Virus record (IMG/VR): IMGVR_UViG_3300002026_000004
Location: 1 to 64,000 of that record
Source: a virus
Direction: 5' to 3' (one strand)
DNA length: 64,000 bases
Made by a program: the position numbers and the translations under genes. Below, piece after piece: positions 1 through 10,500 of this stretch. The notes under the pieces were generated by a model. It was not told where the DNA came from, did not search any database, and worked only from the letters and a program-made list of their open reading frames with translations. Numbering within the stretch: position 1 is the first letter of the stretch; every line of letters begins with the position of its first letter.

Positions 1-908
1 GTTATTTAAACTCAGCATGATTACGCCATCTCTTGAAATTGCAAATGTATCATCTGTTACAGAACTATCAGCACCGATTCCCATGTCCCAATAATGGGTT
101 GCGGCTGTATCGGAAGCCATCCTTACTCTTGCACCAGCACTATTACCAGTAAAACCATTTGAACCATTCCGCATAAATGGAAGATGAGGAGAAATAATAG
201 CAACATACTTATCAACTGTTGTGCCATATAGAGTCGGCATAGTTGAAGCACCAGCCCAAGATGATGATGTATAACCTACAACGGCTTTGTTTGTATTATC
301 ACCAACGGTCAAAGTTCCTGTGACATTTAATGCACCATTAACATCACCTAATGTTAATGCTCCTGCTGGACCTGTTTCACCTTGAATACCTTGAATTCCT
401 TGACTTCCTGTTGCGCCTTGAATACCTTGACTTCCTGTTGCGCCTGTTGAACCAGTTGCGCCTGTTGGTCCTGTGGGTCCCATTACAGGATATCCACCAC
501 CAACATTGAAAATACAACTATCTAATGATACCCAAATATTTAAACCAAGAGCTGGCATAACATTTCCAGTAGTATAAATATCTATTCTTCCAGTAGTTTG
601 ATTTGAAATAGTAGATACAAGTTTTAAAACATTTGGCCTATAGCCTACTGGAAGTGTGAATACAGTTGCACTTATAGTTCCTCCTGATATCATGCCTTCT
701 ATAAAAACATTACCCGCACTATCCTTACGAAATCTTGTCGTTCCAAATCCATTATTATAATTAACCCAACCATTTTGAAATGCTGGTTCTCCTACTGCTC
801 CTACATAATGCCAATCTGTATCATATTGAGCACCTGTTATTGTGGAGTATTTACTGTTCCTATTGTTCCTGGATTATTTAATAATATTGGGTCTTCAAAT
901 TTAGACAT
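1..908 (-). CDS. Collagen-repeat tail fibre/receptor-binding protein; runs off the window and is interrupted by an apparent -1 frameshift near 840
   Basis: GAGGA RBS and ATG at 908 give MSKFEDPILLNNPGTIGTVNTPQ, then TAA at 839-837. The -1 frame is open from 873 to 1: ITGAQYDTDWHYVGAVGEPAFQNGWVNY...VFTLPVGYRP (fibre domain motif), 13 GXY triplets, then beta-rich sequence. Hand-translated, not in the ORF track. Confidence 0.75.
361..480 (-). repeat. Collagen-like (Gly-X-Y)13 coding repeat
   Basis: GPTGPTGATGSTGATGSQGIQGATGSQGIQGIQGETGPAG. Confidence 0.9.
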
Positions 909-926
909 TTAGAATCCTCATAAATA

Positions 927-958
927 AATTAGAGTAGATATTTCTACCTACTCTAATT
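927..958 (-). terminator. Intergenic hairpin overlapping a late-promoter-like motif
   Basis: AATTAGAGTAG-N10-CTACTCTAATT inverted repeat; ACTAATTA on the minus strand at 954-961. Confidence 0.55.
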
Positions 959-978
959 AGTTAATTTATTTAATTTTA

Positions 979-2574
979 TTAAACTGATGCTGTCTCTGTG
1001 TAGTAATAGCAATATAGTGTATGATATCCAGTCGCTCCTGCTGTTCCTGCACCACCAGTAGCACCAGTACCACCAGAGCCATAATCACCACCTCCATAAC
1101 CACCAGCACCTCCATAACCACCTTGACCATTAGGCCCATTAGCAGGGGAAGATGCCGCACTTGCCCCTCCCGAAGCATAACCAGGAGAGCCACATCCAGC
1201 AACCAATCTATTACCATTAGCACCGGGGTTACCATAATAGTAATAAATATTATGACCTAAAAAACTTTTTATTTTCATCCCTTGTCTCCCCCCCTCATTA
1301 TTTGGAATCCAATCTTCTCCAAATCCACCATAAGAGTACATATTATAGTTAAAAGACTCAAAAATACCCCCACCTGAAGATAACGCTTCTCCACCATTAA
1401 TGAAAAGTTTAGATGCTTGAGTACTAAAAGTACCTGATGTTCCTATTGTCGGATTACCAGCATTTTGATTAAACCCCTGAGAGGCACCAGAACCACCAGA
1501 AAAACCAGCTTGACCAGTACTAGTAGCAATGCTTAGAGTTAAAGAAGTTCCTGTTGTTATTGTTGGATATGTAAAAGTACCACTAGCAGAAGGCACAGCA
1601 GTAGAGTAACTTGGAGCGGTCCCAGGAACACCACCTCCTCCACCACCTCCACCAGAGGAACGCCAATCCCCATAGCCATTATAATCAAAACACATGTAAG
1701 CTCCGCCGCCACCACCACCACCTAAGCCGCCTAAACCCCCAGCACCACACGCATAAACAGAACCACTTACACGAGGATATTGTGCACTAGAAACATATAA
1801 AGGTTTAGAAATAGGAACAGTATATCCATTATAAATAGCATCTGAATGATATAAGTATTTAGGACCAGCATATAAAGTTTGACCACCAAATCTAACTTTA
1901 AAAAATCTGACTCCATCACTTTTACCATATTGGCTATCGGCATATAACATTAAATAATAATCAGTACTACCATATCTTACTTTCATAGTAGCGGTTTGTG
2001 CTATTGAATTTCCTGTTGTAGTAGTATAAAGAGGTATATCTACTCCTGGTAATGTCTTAACATATGCGTACATAGCCGCAGTTACATCTAAACCAGAATT
2101 AAAAAATAGGTCTAAAAACTGATTTTTTGTTTCTATTTTATTAGCTGATAGCTCTTCATATTTAAGTAATTCTGAATTAAACTTAGATGTTTTACCAGTA
2201 GTCTTATCAAATATAAATGTAGGTTGAAATACAGCTATTTGGCCTTGTATATTTTTACCAATAATTTTATTATTAATATCCTTAGCATAATCAGAATTAG
2301 CTTCTGGAATAGAAATAAACCAAAAGTCCTTTTCTAATAATGATAGATACTCAGGAGCTTCATCAAATAATTCTTCTTCTGTTTTAATAGTTTTAGAATA
2401 AGATATAGGGTCTGTATTGGTTGAAAGATTTACACTTGTATCTAATAGTATTTCTTTACAACTTTCATCTTTATATGTTCTTAATGCACATGAAGCAAAA
2501 AAAGCTTGCTTAGAAAAAGTCATAGAATCTATTCTAGTATAAGACCCCGGTATTAAAAAATTTTTGAAAGCCAT
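979..2574 (-). CDS. Glycine-rich tail-tip adhesin-like protein (polyglycine motifs reminiscent of T-even gp38), with an N-terminal tail-fibre-associated domain
   Basis: Multiple GGxGGxGGGGGGG runs; N-terminal domain ends AMYAYVKTLPG; lies in the fibre module. Confidence 0.65.
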   Translation of the reverse strand: MAFKNFLIPGSYTRIDSMTFSKQAFFASCALRTYKDESCKEILLDTSVNLSTNTDPISYSKTIKTEEELFDEAPEYLSLLEKDFWFISIPEANSDYAKDINNKIIGKNIQGQIAVFQPTFIFDKTTGKTSKFNSELLKYEELSANKIETKNQFLDLFFNSGLDVTAAMYAYVKTLPGVDIPLYTTTTGNSIAQTATMKVRYGSTDYYLMLYADSQYGKSDGVRFFKVRFGGQTLYAGPKYLYHSDAIYNGYTVPISKPLYVSSAQYPRVSGSVYACGAGGLGGLGGGGGGGAYMCFDYNGYGDWRSSGGGGGGGGVPGTAPSYSTAVPSASGTFTYPTITTGTSLTLSIATSTGQAGFSGGSGASQGFNQNAGNPTIGTSGTFSTQASKLFINGGEALSSGGGIFESFNYNMYSYGGFGEDWIPNNEGGRQGMKIKSFLGHNIYYYYGNPGANGNRLVAGCGSPGYASGGASAASSPANGPNGQGGYGGAGGYGGGDYGSGGTGATGGAGTAGATGYHTLYCYYYTETASV

Positions 2575-2588
2575 TTATATTCTCCTTA

Positions 2589-3467
2589 TTATTTTCCGCC
2601 ACAACCACAATCGGCTGAAGTATTTACACATTCTGAATAAAAAGCTAAGTAGTTCCTACAGGTATCTAAACACTTGTAAGGGTTTACTTCTTTTTTAAAA
2701 ACTTTCCTATTCATAATTAAATCTCTTGAATACTCCTCAGAGTTTTCAAAATTACTACACTTATATACTCTATTTTCAACAAAATCAATAAGTATAGATT
2801 TATGCTGATTATAACATTTATCAATAGGATATTTATAATCAACTTTCTCTAAAGAACGAACAATATAATTAATTAGTAATAGAGAGGACTCCTGAACTTT
2901 ACTCTTATTTTTATATAGAGTATCTCTAACTATTCTATAATCATTTAAGTCTAGTTTATTATAAACAGTATTACTAACAAACTTAGACATCTGTACTGGG
3001 TCAACATAAATCTTATTAGTAGTAGGAATAGTATCCAACATTGTTTGTATTTTAGATAAATCAGATTTAGTTACTACTATTAATGGATATATTTGTTCAT
3101 TTTGTCTTATTAAATAATTATCAGTAACATGATAAATATATTTAGTTTTATACTTATTTATATACCTAAAGTTTGGATGAGAAAATAACTTTCCATTTGT
3201 ATATATCTTTACTGAGTCTAATTTGTTGATTAGACCAGACTCATAGACTATTTCTTCAATACTATTCCAAATAGCTTCAGACCATAATCCAGGTTCCCCA
3301 CCAGAAAAGCTTAGAATAGGGTTTTTAAACTTATCGATTACCCAAGGAATTTCTGATTCTAACCTACTGATAACCAATTCATTATCAATAGTCTCAACAG
3401 AGCTAGGGTCATTACAATACTTACAATTAAGATTGCATTTCCCTCCCAGTTTTATATTTATTTCCAT
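2589..3467 (-). CDS. Radical SAM enzyme with C-terminal Twitch/SPASM-like Cys domain (paralogue 4)
   Basis: CNLNCKYC, FSGGEPGLW, IYTNG; C-terminal CYNQ...YKCS...CLDTC; tail SADCGCGGK. Confidence 0.9.
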   Translation of the reverse strand: MEINIKLGGKCNLNCKYCNDPSSVETIDNELVISRLESEIPWVIDKFKNPILSFSGGEPGLWSEAIWNSIEEIVYESGLINKLDSVKIYTNGKLFSHPNFRYINKYKTKYIYHVTDNYLIRQNEQIYPLIVVTKSDLSKIQTMLDTIPTTNKIYVDPVQMSKFVSNTVYNKLDLNDYRIVRDTLYKNKSKVQESSLLLINYIVRSLEKVDYKYPIDKCYNQHKSILIDFVENRVYKCSNFENSEEYSRDLIMNRKVFKKEVNPYKCLDTCRNYLAFYSECVNTSADCGCGGK

Positions 3468-3517
3468 ACTTCTTTTCCTTATATTAAACTAATATAATTA
3501 TTATATAAATCTTAACT

Positions 3518-4204
3518 TTAAGAAAAAGGAATAAACCCAATTCTTTTACTAAGGATTCTCAACTTTTCTCTCTGTTCAGTAGAACTTTGTCTTGGTGGAG
3601 TTAATGATAAATTACCTAAAATATAATTATCAGTAATATAACCAAAAGAAGCACCAACAAGATATAAAACTCTTCCTAAAAAGGAGTCCTCTAACCCCCA
3701 TTCCCCATCAAAATCAGAATGGAAGCATCTCCTTTTCATAATTTCTAACTTTCTTACTTTTTTTAAATATTTAGTAGAAATCACTAACCCACAAGAAAAT
3801 ATCAAAAAACGAGAAATTGGATTCCCTATTTGGATTTCCACTTTATTTCTTATATCTATTTCGCATAGAAACATTGCACATGCCTTTTTTTCTAAATAAT
3901 TTTCTAAACTTGTTTTAGAAACAACTTTATTAGTTATTCTATCACCATCAAAGAATAGAACAGCATCATAATCTTTTTCTAATATTACATCTAATCCCAA
4001 ATCTCTCATTTTTCCTGCTAGGAACCCTTCACCAACACTATTTACAATTACATTAGTCTCATTACATAGTAGTTTTTCTGAATCATCTGTGCATCTATCT
4101 AATACCCAATACCTATCCTCACTAGGAAACTCTTTAAGCTGATTAAGCATTTTATCAATAAAAGGTGCTTGATTTTGATTAATTACTAATGTAGCTATCT
4201 TCAT
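3518..4204 (-). CDS. GT-A fold (GT2-like) glycosyltransferase (paralogue 2)
   Basis: WVLDRCTDDS, RDLGL, FFDGD (DxD), WGLED. Confidence 0.85.
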   Translation of the reverse strand: MKIATLVINQNQAPFIDKMLNQLKEFPSEDRYWVLDRCTDDSEKLLCNETNVIVNSVGEGFLAGKMRDLGLDVILEKDYDAVLFFDGDRITNKVVSKTSLENYLEKKACAMFLCEIDIRNKVEIQIGNPISRFLIFSCGLVISTKYLKKVRKLEIMKRRCFHSDFDGEWGLEDSFLGRVLYLVGASFGYITDNYILGNLSLTPPRQSSTEQREKLRILSKRIGFIPFS

Positions 4205-4221
4205 ATACTATTTAGTAATTT

Positions 4222-4923
4222 TTATACAACTATAAATTTAAAGTTTTTTAAGGAATCTAAAGAGATTAATTTACTGCTTAATGCTTGTATAATTTGAGTT
4301 TGATTAATATTTATGTTTGTAGAACTCCCCTCTAATGGTCCTTTTACTTTAATATCAGTAGTAAATCCTATTTTATTACCTAAACAATGAAGAACTACAC
4401 CTAGAAAATTATCTTCTGCACCCCATCTTCCATCAAAAGCAGAATGAAAGCACCGTCCTTCCATAATTTTCATTTTTCTTACTTTTTTTAATACTGTTGT
4501 TTTTATTACCATACCACAAGAAACCAATTTAGAATAAAGAAATGTACTATAAATAAAATCATGTTCACGATAATCAAATAGGGTGCAAGAGAATTGAAGT
4601 GCATCAACTAATAACATCTTCTCCCTTATCTGTTCTAAATTAAACTCTTTTTCAGGAACTCTATCACCATCTAAAAAAATAACATAATCATAATCTTTTT
4701 CTAATATTACATCTAATCCCAAATCTCTCATTTTTCCTGCTAAGAAACCAAAACCTTCATTATTTATGATAACATTTTCATCATTAAATAGTGTGTAACT
4801 ATCATCAGTACATCTATCTAATACCCAATACTGGTCTTTTTTAGGGATATTTTTTAATTTAGATTGTATTAAAGGAATTGAATCAATTTGATTATTACTT
4901 ATGATTAAAGAGGCTATTTCCAT
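4222..4923 (-). CDS. GT-A fold (GT2-like) glycosyltransferase (paralogue 1)
   Basis: WVLDRCTDDS, RDLGL, FLDGD, WGAED. Confidence 0.85.
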   Translation of the reverse strand: MEIASLIISNNQIDSIPLIQSKLKNIPKKDQYWVLDRCTDDSYTLFNDENVIINNEGFGFLAGKMRDLGLDVILEKDYDYVIFLDGDRVPEKEFNLEQIREKMLLVDALQFSCTLFDYREHDFIYSTFLYSKLVSCGMVIKTTVLKKVRKMKIMEGRCFHSAFDGRWGAEDNFLGVVLHCLGNKIGFTTDIKVKGPLEGSSTNININQTQIIQALSSKLISLDSLKNFKFIVV

Positions 4924-5800
4924 TAGCTAAGTGCTCCAAATAAAAGAATGTTTCATGAACACAAGTATTACAGGATTCTTTAGGAAAAAGAGATTTATTA
5001 GTAACTAAATTTAATAACATTTTTTTAGAGTAAGGTAGTGTATCAGAAAAGTTACAACATTTATAAAATACTCCTTCAGATACATCAATTATTATTGAAA
5101 CTCTTTGATTATAACAGACATTTCGTAGCATATCTAACCTATTATTTTTTAGAGCACTATAAGAAAACATAATTTCATCTAAGCTATTCTTAGATATTTT
5201 TGACTCATACTTTAAGCACATTGATAAAAGGTTTTTATAATCATCTAAATCAAATCTTTCTGTTTTAGGTAGTTTAACAGAATGAGAAACCTGTACAGGG
5301 TCAAAATGTATATTAGAAATCCAAGGATTTAACTCAAAGAATATAGGTATGTTCTCAATATCTTTTTTTGATAATACTGCCATTAATTTAATATTATTAG
5401 TAATTTCATTATTTAATGACTCAGGAAGCTTAATAGCTTTACCAATATGAGGAGCTACATGCCAAATAATTTCTATATTATTTTTAGATTGGATAAAACT
5501 AAGTACTTCTTTATTTTCAAAGATACTTCCATTAGAGAATATTCTTATTTTAACAGTAGGTAAACATGAGGTTTCAATTATTTTCCAAATTTCATTCCAT
5601 AACCTTGAAGACCATAATCCAGGTTCCCCACCAGAAAACTCAAGCGTAGGTTTAGGTACAGCTTTAAATAAATAATTTATATTCTCTTTTAACCAAATAA
5701 TAAAAGCATCTTCAGAAATATGCTTACTATTTTTTTTATCTTGGTTACAGTAATCGCAATCCCAATTACAATCTTTATTAAACTTTAGGTCTATATTCAT
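4895..5800 (-). CDS. Radical SAM enzyme with Twitch-like domain (paralogue 3)
   Basis: CNWDCDYC, FSGGEPGLW, IFSNG; CYNQ...YKCC...CNTC. Confidence 0.9.
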   Translation of the reverse strand: MNIDLKFNKDCNWDCDYCNQDKKNSKHISEDAFIIWLKENINYLFKAVPKPTLEFSGGEPGLWSSRLWNEIWKIIETSCLPTVKIRIFSNGSIFENKEVLSFIQSKNNIEIIWHVAPHIGKAIKLPESLNNEITNNIKLMAVLSKKDIENIPIFFELNPWISNIHFDPVQVSHSVKLPKTERFDLDDYKNLLSMCLKYESKISKNSLDEIMFSYSALKNNRLDMLRNVCYNQRVSIIIDVSEGVFYKCCNFSDTLPYSKKMLLNLVTNKSLFPKESCNTCVHETFFYLEHLANGNSLFNHK

Positions 5801-6653
5801 TATTCAACTCTCTATTAGAAGATTTAAAACTTGCATAATTAAAGCAAGAATCACAATAATTAGTCTTAATAGGAATTTTTTTAAAAAAGTAGTTAATAAA
5901 ATTTTCTTTAGTTAATTCTATTTTATCCATTCTATTACAACAAGCGTAAATACAATTTTCTCCTATGTCTATATATACAAGTTTACATAAAGTGGAACAA
6001 ACTTTTCTATAGGAGTTTATTACATCCTTATTAGCACATTCTAGTTTTAGAATAGCTTCATCTGCTGATGATTTAATAATTTTAGGTTCTTTATAGCAAT
6101 ATTCAATAAAAGTTTTAATTTCTTCATTATTAAACTCAAGATTATTATATTTTTCTATAGGAGGGTATACAGCCATAGTTGTATTTATTTCTTTTATCCA
6201 AGAATTATTTTTAATAAATTGGTCTAAAAGTAATAAGTTTTTTTTGTCTATAACTACTAAAGGCTTGATGTTTCTATTAGTTAAATAAGTATATATATAA
6301 GATTTCTTAACTTTATCACTTAAACTAATATTAACATGCCATAAAAACTCTGCTTTAGAAAAACATTCCATAGCAATTTTGTTTTCAAAAACTAATCCAT
6401 TTGTAAAAATAGATACTTTGGCATTTGAGTATTTCAGAGCATTACTAAATGCTAACCAAATGGCATTAGACCACATCCCAGGTTCTCCTCCTATTAATTG
6501 AATACGGGAGGCTTTTGATATTTCTACATACTTTTTTACATTGGTATCTATCCAATTTATAACTTGTTCTTCTGTTTGAGTAGTATTATTTCTTTGAGTA
6601 CAATAATCACAATTCCAATTACACCCAGCATCATATCTAAATGATATTCTCAT
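5778..6653 (-). CDS. Radical SAM enzyme with Twitch-like domain (paralogue 2)
   Basis: CNWNCDYC, LIGGEPGMW, IFTNG; CSTL...YACC...CDSC. Confidence 0.9.
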   Translation of the reverse strand: MRISFRYDAGCNWNCDYCTQRNNTTQTEEQVINWIDTNVKKYVEISKASRIQLIGGEPGMWSNAIWLAFSNALKYSNAKVSIFTNGLVFENKIAMECFSKAEFLWHVNISLSDKVKKSYIYTYLTNRNIKPLVVIDKKNLLLLDQFIKNNSWIKEINTTMAVYPPIEKYNNLEFNNEEIKTFIEYCYKEPKIIKSSADEAILKLECANKDVINSYRKVCSTLCKLVYIDIGENCIYACCNRMDKIELTKENFINYFFKKIPIKTNYCDSCFNYASFKSSNRELNNEYRPKV

Positions 6654-6688
6654 TCTATTTTATCCTATTTTACTTTATTCTTATGTTT

Positions 6689-7549
6689 TTAAAAGTTTTT
6701 CTCTAAATAAAAAAATATTAAATTCCAACAATCCTTACATTCTTTTCGAGAGAAAATAAGAGAAGGGTGATGTAGAACCCCTTTTATGTAATTTGATTTA
6801 TTTAAGTCTAGTCTTTCATGAGCGTAGCAACAACCATATATTTTATTAGTAACTATATTTAATATTACTGAATTTCTTTGCATAGAACATTCTTTCCTTA
6901 TATCATCGATATCAGTATTTATAATAGCTTTTCCAAATTCTGCCATTTGTTTACTTATATCAGATATTTTTGGGTTTGAATAAAATATTTTTAATAATCT
7001 TTTATAATCATCAAGACTAAATTGGTCTGATTCTTTTCTAAGAGTTGGAGAGATTTGGGATATACTAATATTAAGTTTAGTAATCCAAGAGTTGTTATTT
7101 ATAAACTCCTGTATAGAATCAATATCTTCTTTATCAATAACAACCAATTCTTGTACATTTTTAGAGAATGTTAAGTAATTATTAGGAACTTTAATTTCAG
7201 TTTTTTCTCTAATACTAGGAGTTAAATGCCAACGATATCTTATATTCTCTTGTTTTTTTATTTCTGAAAATATGGGTATTCCAAATACTAAGCCATTTGT
7301 CATAATAAGAAAAGTAATATTATTAAATTTTTGTATTTTTAATAATAACACCTTCCAAATAGCTTCAGACCATAACCCAGGCTCTCCACCAGTAAAACTG
7401 ATATGTACTTTAGGTGTTATTTTAGCATAATAATCAAAATTATTATTTATCCAATTAATAAAGATACTATCATCATAATGTTGATGATTTTGAATACAAT
7501 AATTACAGTTCCAATTACAACCTGAATTAAATTTAATTGCTAAATGCAT
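6689..7549 (-). CDS. Radical SAM enzyme with Twitch-like domain (paralogue 1)
   Basis: CNWNCNYC, FTGGEPGLW, IMTNG; CSMQ...YGCC...CKDC. Confidence 0.9.
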   Translation of the reverse strand: MHLAIKFNSGCNWNCNYCIQNHQHYDDSIFINWINNNFDYYAKITPKVHISFTGGEPGLWSEAIWKVLLLKIQKFNNITFLIMTNGLVFGIPIFSEIKKQENIRYRWHLTPSIREKTEIKVPNNYLTFSKNVQELVVIDKEDIDSIQEFINNNSWITKLNISISQISPTLRKESDQFSLDDYKRLLKIFYSNPKISDISKQMAEFGKAIINTDIDDIRKECSMQRNSVILNIVTNKIYGCCYAHERLDLNKSNYIKGVLHHPSLIFSRKECKDCWNLIFFYLEKNF

Positions 7550-7559
7550 ATAAAGTTAG

Positions 7560-10500
7560 TTAATTTATCCAAATAGCTCTATCAGTAATGCTAGTAGTGC
7601 TAGGGATAACTAAAGTTCCTGTAACAGTTAATCCACCACTAGCATTTAAAGTTCCTGGGATTGTTGTATTTCCGCTTCCATCTAATAGTGTTAATGTTCT
7701 TGCCGCAGTAGTAAACGAATCTGAATATTGTCTAACATAAATAGGTTCAGTTCCGTTATCAGCAGTAGCTATTTCTAACCAACCAGCATCAGCGGCACCA
7801 CCTGTTGCTATTCTAAATGCATCAGATGTAGCCATAGCTCCACCTAAAACAACACCAGTAGAACTTGCGGCTGTATCCCTAAAAAATCCTAATCCTGAAT
7901 AAATCTTTTTAGCAGAAGCTAATCCACCAGCTAAAGTAACTGAACCAGCTATTGAGGAAGTAGCGTCTGTATCTAAAACGAAATTAGTTATTCCTGTTGA
8001 TAATAATTGTAGTCTGGGAACTCCTACAGACTTTAAGTTAAAATCAGAAGCTTCTACAGTTCCTATGTTTAAGGCTCCTGTGCCTTTATGAGTAATATCT
8101 GTAATTCCATTAGCTGTATTATTTCTAGTTACTAAAAATCCTTGAGAATAAGTAGAGTCTGCTTTTAATGCTAATGACGCTGAACCAGTTGTTGCTGTTG
8201 AGTCTACAGTAAAAGTAGCTGTGGAATAAGCTACAGGAGGTTGTAATACTGTATCTCTTCCTAATGTAACTAATGCAGAAGTAACTTTCATAGCTTCTGT
8301 ATTTGTTCCTATTCGTAAAAACCCTTCATTGGTAGCATTAGAATATAAGTTTAACCCTGTATAAGAACTAAAATAGGTAGTGTCTTTAACTAATAAAGAT
8401 TTTCCTATTGATGCTCCACCCCATACAGTTAATGCCGCTTCTTTTTCAGAAGTAGTATCTGTAGTAGAAATAACTGTTAATGATGAAGTTACTGCACCAA
8501 CTTTCTCTCCACTCTTTTCATTGAATAATAGATTAAGCTCTGGTTGAGTTAAAGCTTTATTATAAATACGAGCTTCATCAATCATACCCTCGTAATAATA
8601 AGTAGAACCAACATTATTTTTAATGTAAGTATTATTACCTAAATACTTATCAGTAGTAGCAAAACTGACCCCTGCTGATAATGTTGTTGAAGTTTCCCCA
8701 ACATAAATATTATTCATATAGAAGGATAACTTTCTAGTAGAACCATTATAAATCATTACCGCATGATACCAAGTATCCCTAGTAATTACAAATGGGATTA
8801 ATAATTCTGAAGTACCATCTGAAGCATACGCTGATATAATATTATTTGTAGAATCTCTAATAATACCATAAGGTTTACTTGCTGTTAATGAACCTACTGA
8901 GAATAATGAGAATTTATCTGTTGCTGACCATGAAGAGGTAGCAGGAATACTAAACCAACAAGACATTGTAAAAGAAGTATTAGTAGTAAAGTTCTCTGAA
9001 GTAAAATTAACTGAGCTTCCTGATTTAAACTTTAATGCTCTTCCCTGCATCCCACTAACAGGTAATACCCCTACCATTGAAGCATTATTCATATTATTAG
9101 AATCATCTAATAACTCTGAGGTATATGCACCAGTACCAATATAAATCCAGTCTATAGCGAAAGAATCTCCTGTTGATGCTGTATCATTAGCTCTAATTGA
9201 GAACTCTGTAGCAGTATCCGCTTGTAATAATACTAAATCTACAATATTAGATTTACCATTCTCAATAACGAATGCTGTATTATATTCTGTAGAAGAAATC
9301 GTGTAATAAAAACCATAGTTGACTCTGGAACCTGAGACATTCCTTATCTTTAGTCTTACATATTTTTGGTCAAAGCTTAAAGTTCTAGTTGCTCTAAATG
9401 GACCATTAACAGTAGAAGTAACAACTAATTCCCCATTAGATACAGATAGATTAGCTGATGACCCTGTAAAGGAATCTGTAGTAGCAAAGACATCTTGTAA
9501 GTAGTTTCTATTAGTAGGAGAATCCGGTATTAATCTAACATTATCAAAAGAATAGTAATTCCTTAAATTCTCATCAGATATTTTTGAACCGAATAATGTA
9601 TTTATTTTATAATCAGTAGTAGAATCTAAATACCTATTAACTCTATCTGTTTTACTAACAATAATTTTTATTGTCCAAGTATTATCAATAGGATTAACGC
9701 CTGTTCCTGATGAGTAAGCTAATCCTTGAGCGCCATATCTAATTCTAATTGAGTTTAAATCAATATACTCATATGTATATCCATATACCTTATCAGTAAT
9801 ATTTGTGAACTGGAATAAGTCAGGAATTGAATATGTTCCTACTGCTGATTTATAAGCATACATACGAACAGATAATTCTTTAAATTGGTCTGCTGAAGTT
9901 AAATCTAATGTAGAAATATCTACAACAGGATTAGTTGCTGGATTATAAGTTTCCCAAGTTGTGTTTGAAGGATATTCAACACGAGAAATTGCTGTAACAA
10001 ATGAAGGATTTTGTCCAAAGGCTTTATACTTAATTTGGTACTTTTCAGCACTAAGAGTATTCATATCTTTTAATATAAAATCAGTATTATCAATACCACC
10101 CCATAGATTTCCAATAACATCATAAAGAGCTTGATATTCAGGATTTGTAACTGCATCATAAGCTGTTCCATCCATTAATAAACAACCAGAATCAGAAGTT
10201 GGTTGTGTTGGGAAGTCTATTAATGATATAGTTCCTAATGGTGCAGTATCTGTAATGTCATAAGCGGGTTGAATAGAAGCAATTATTTCTGTTGCGGATA
10301 ATGCTAATCCAACATTAATATAAGAATCATAATAGGGGTTTATTGAATTAATATTCTGTGTAGTTTCACCAAAATTAGCAATATCAGTACCAGAAGCATA
10401 TACAGGAGAACCAGGAACTAATCCTGTAAATCCTTGTACTAATCCTAATCTACGAATAATAACTTTAGCGTTTGTTAATAATGTTCCAGTATTTACTAAG

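Noticed and set aside
966-1260. Short ORFs 966-1235 and 1021-1260, and similar ones at 9319, 11671, 22861, 24942, 27901, 40575, 41701, 44369, 45018, 46561, 46931, 47958, 52761, 54473, 55940, 57576, 62097, 62138 and 63230-63653
   Set aside because: Alternative-frame or antisense overlaps of well-supported genes, with no recognisable motifs
2589-7549. rSAM/GT cassette as a DNA hypermodification (7-deazaguanine or glucosyl-hmC) or cofactor pathway
   Set aside because: No QueC, QueD, FolE, DpdA, hydroxymethylase or Moa/Nrd partner in the window; late-type promoters and fibre context argue against it, though it is not formally excluded
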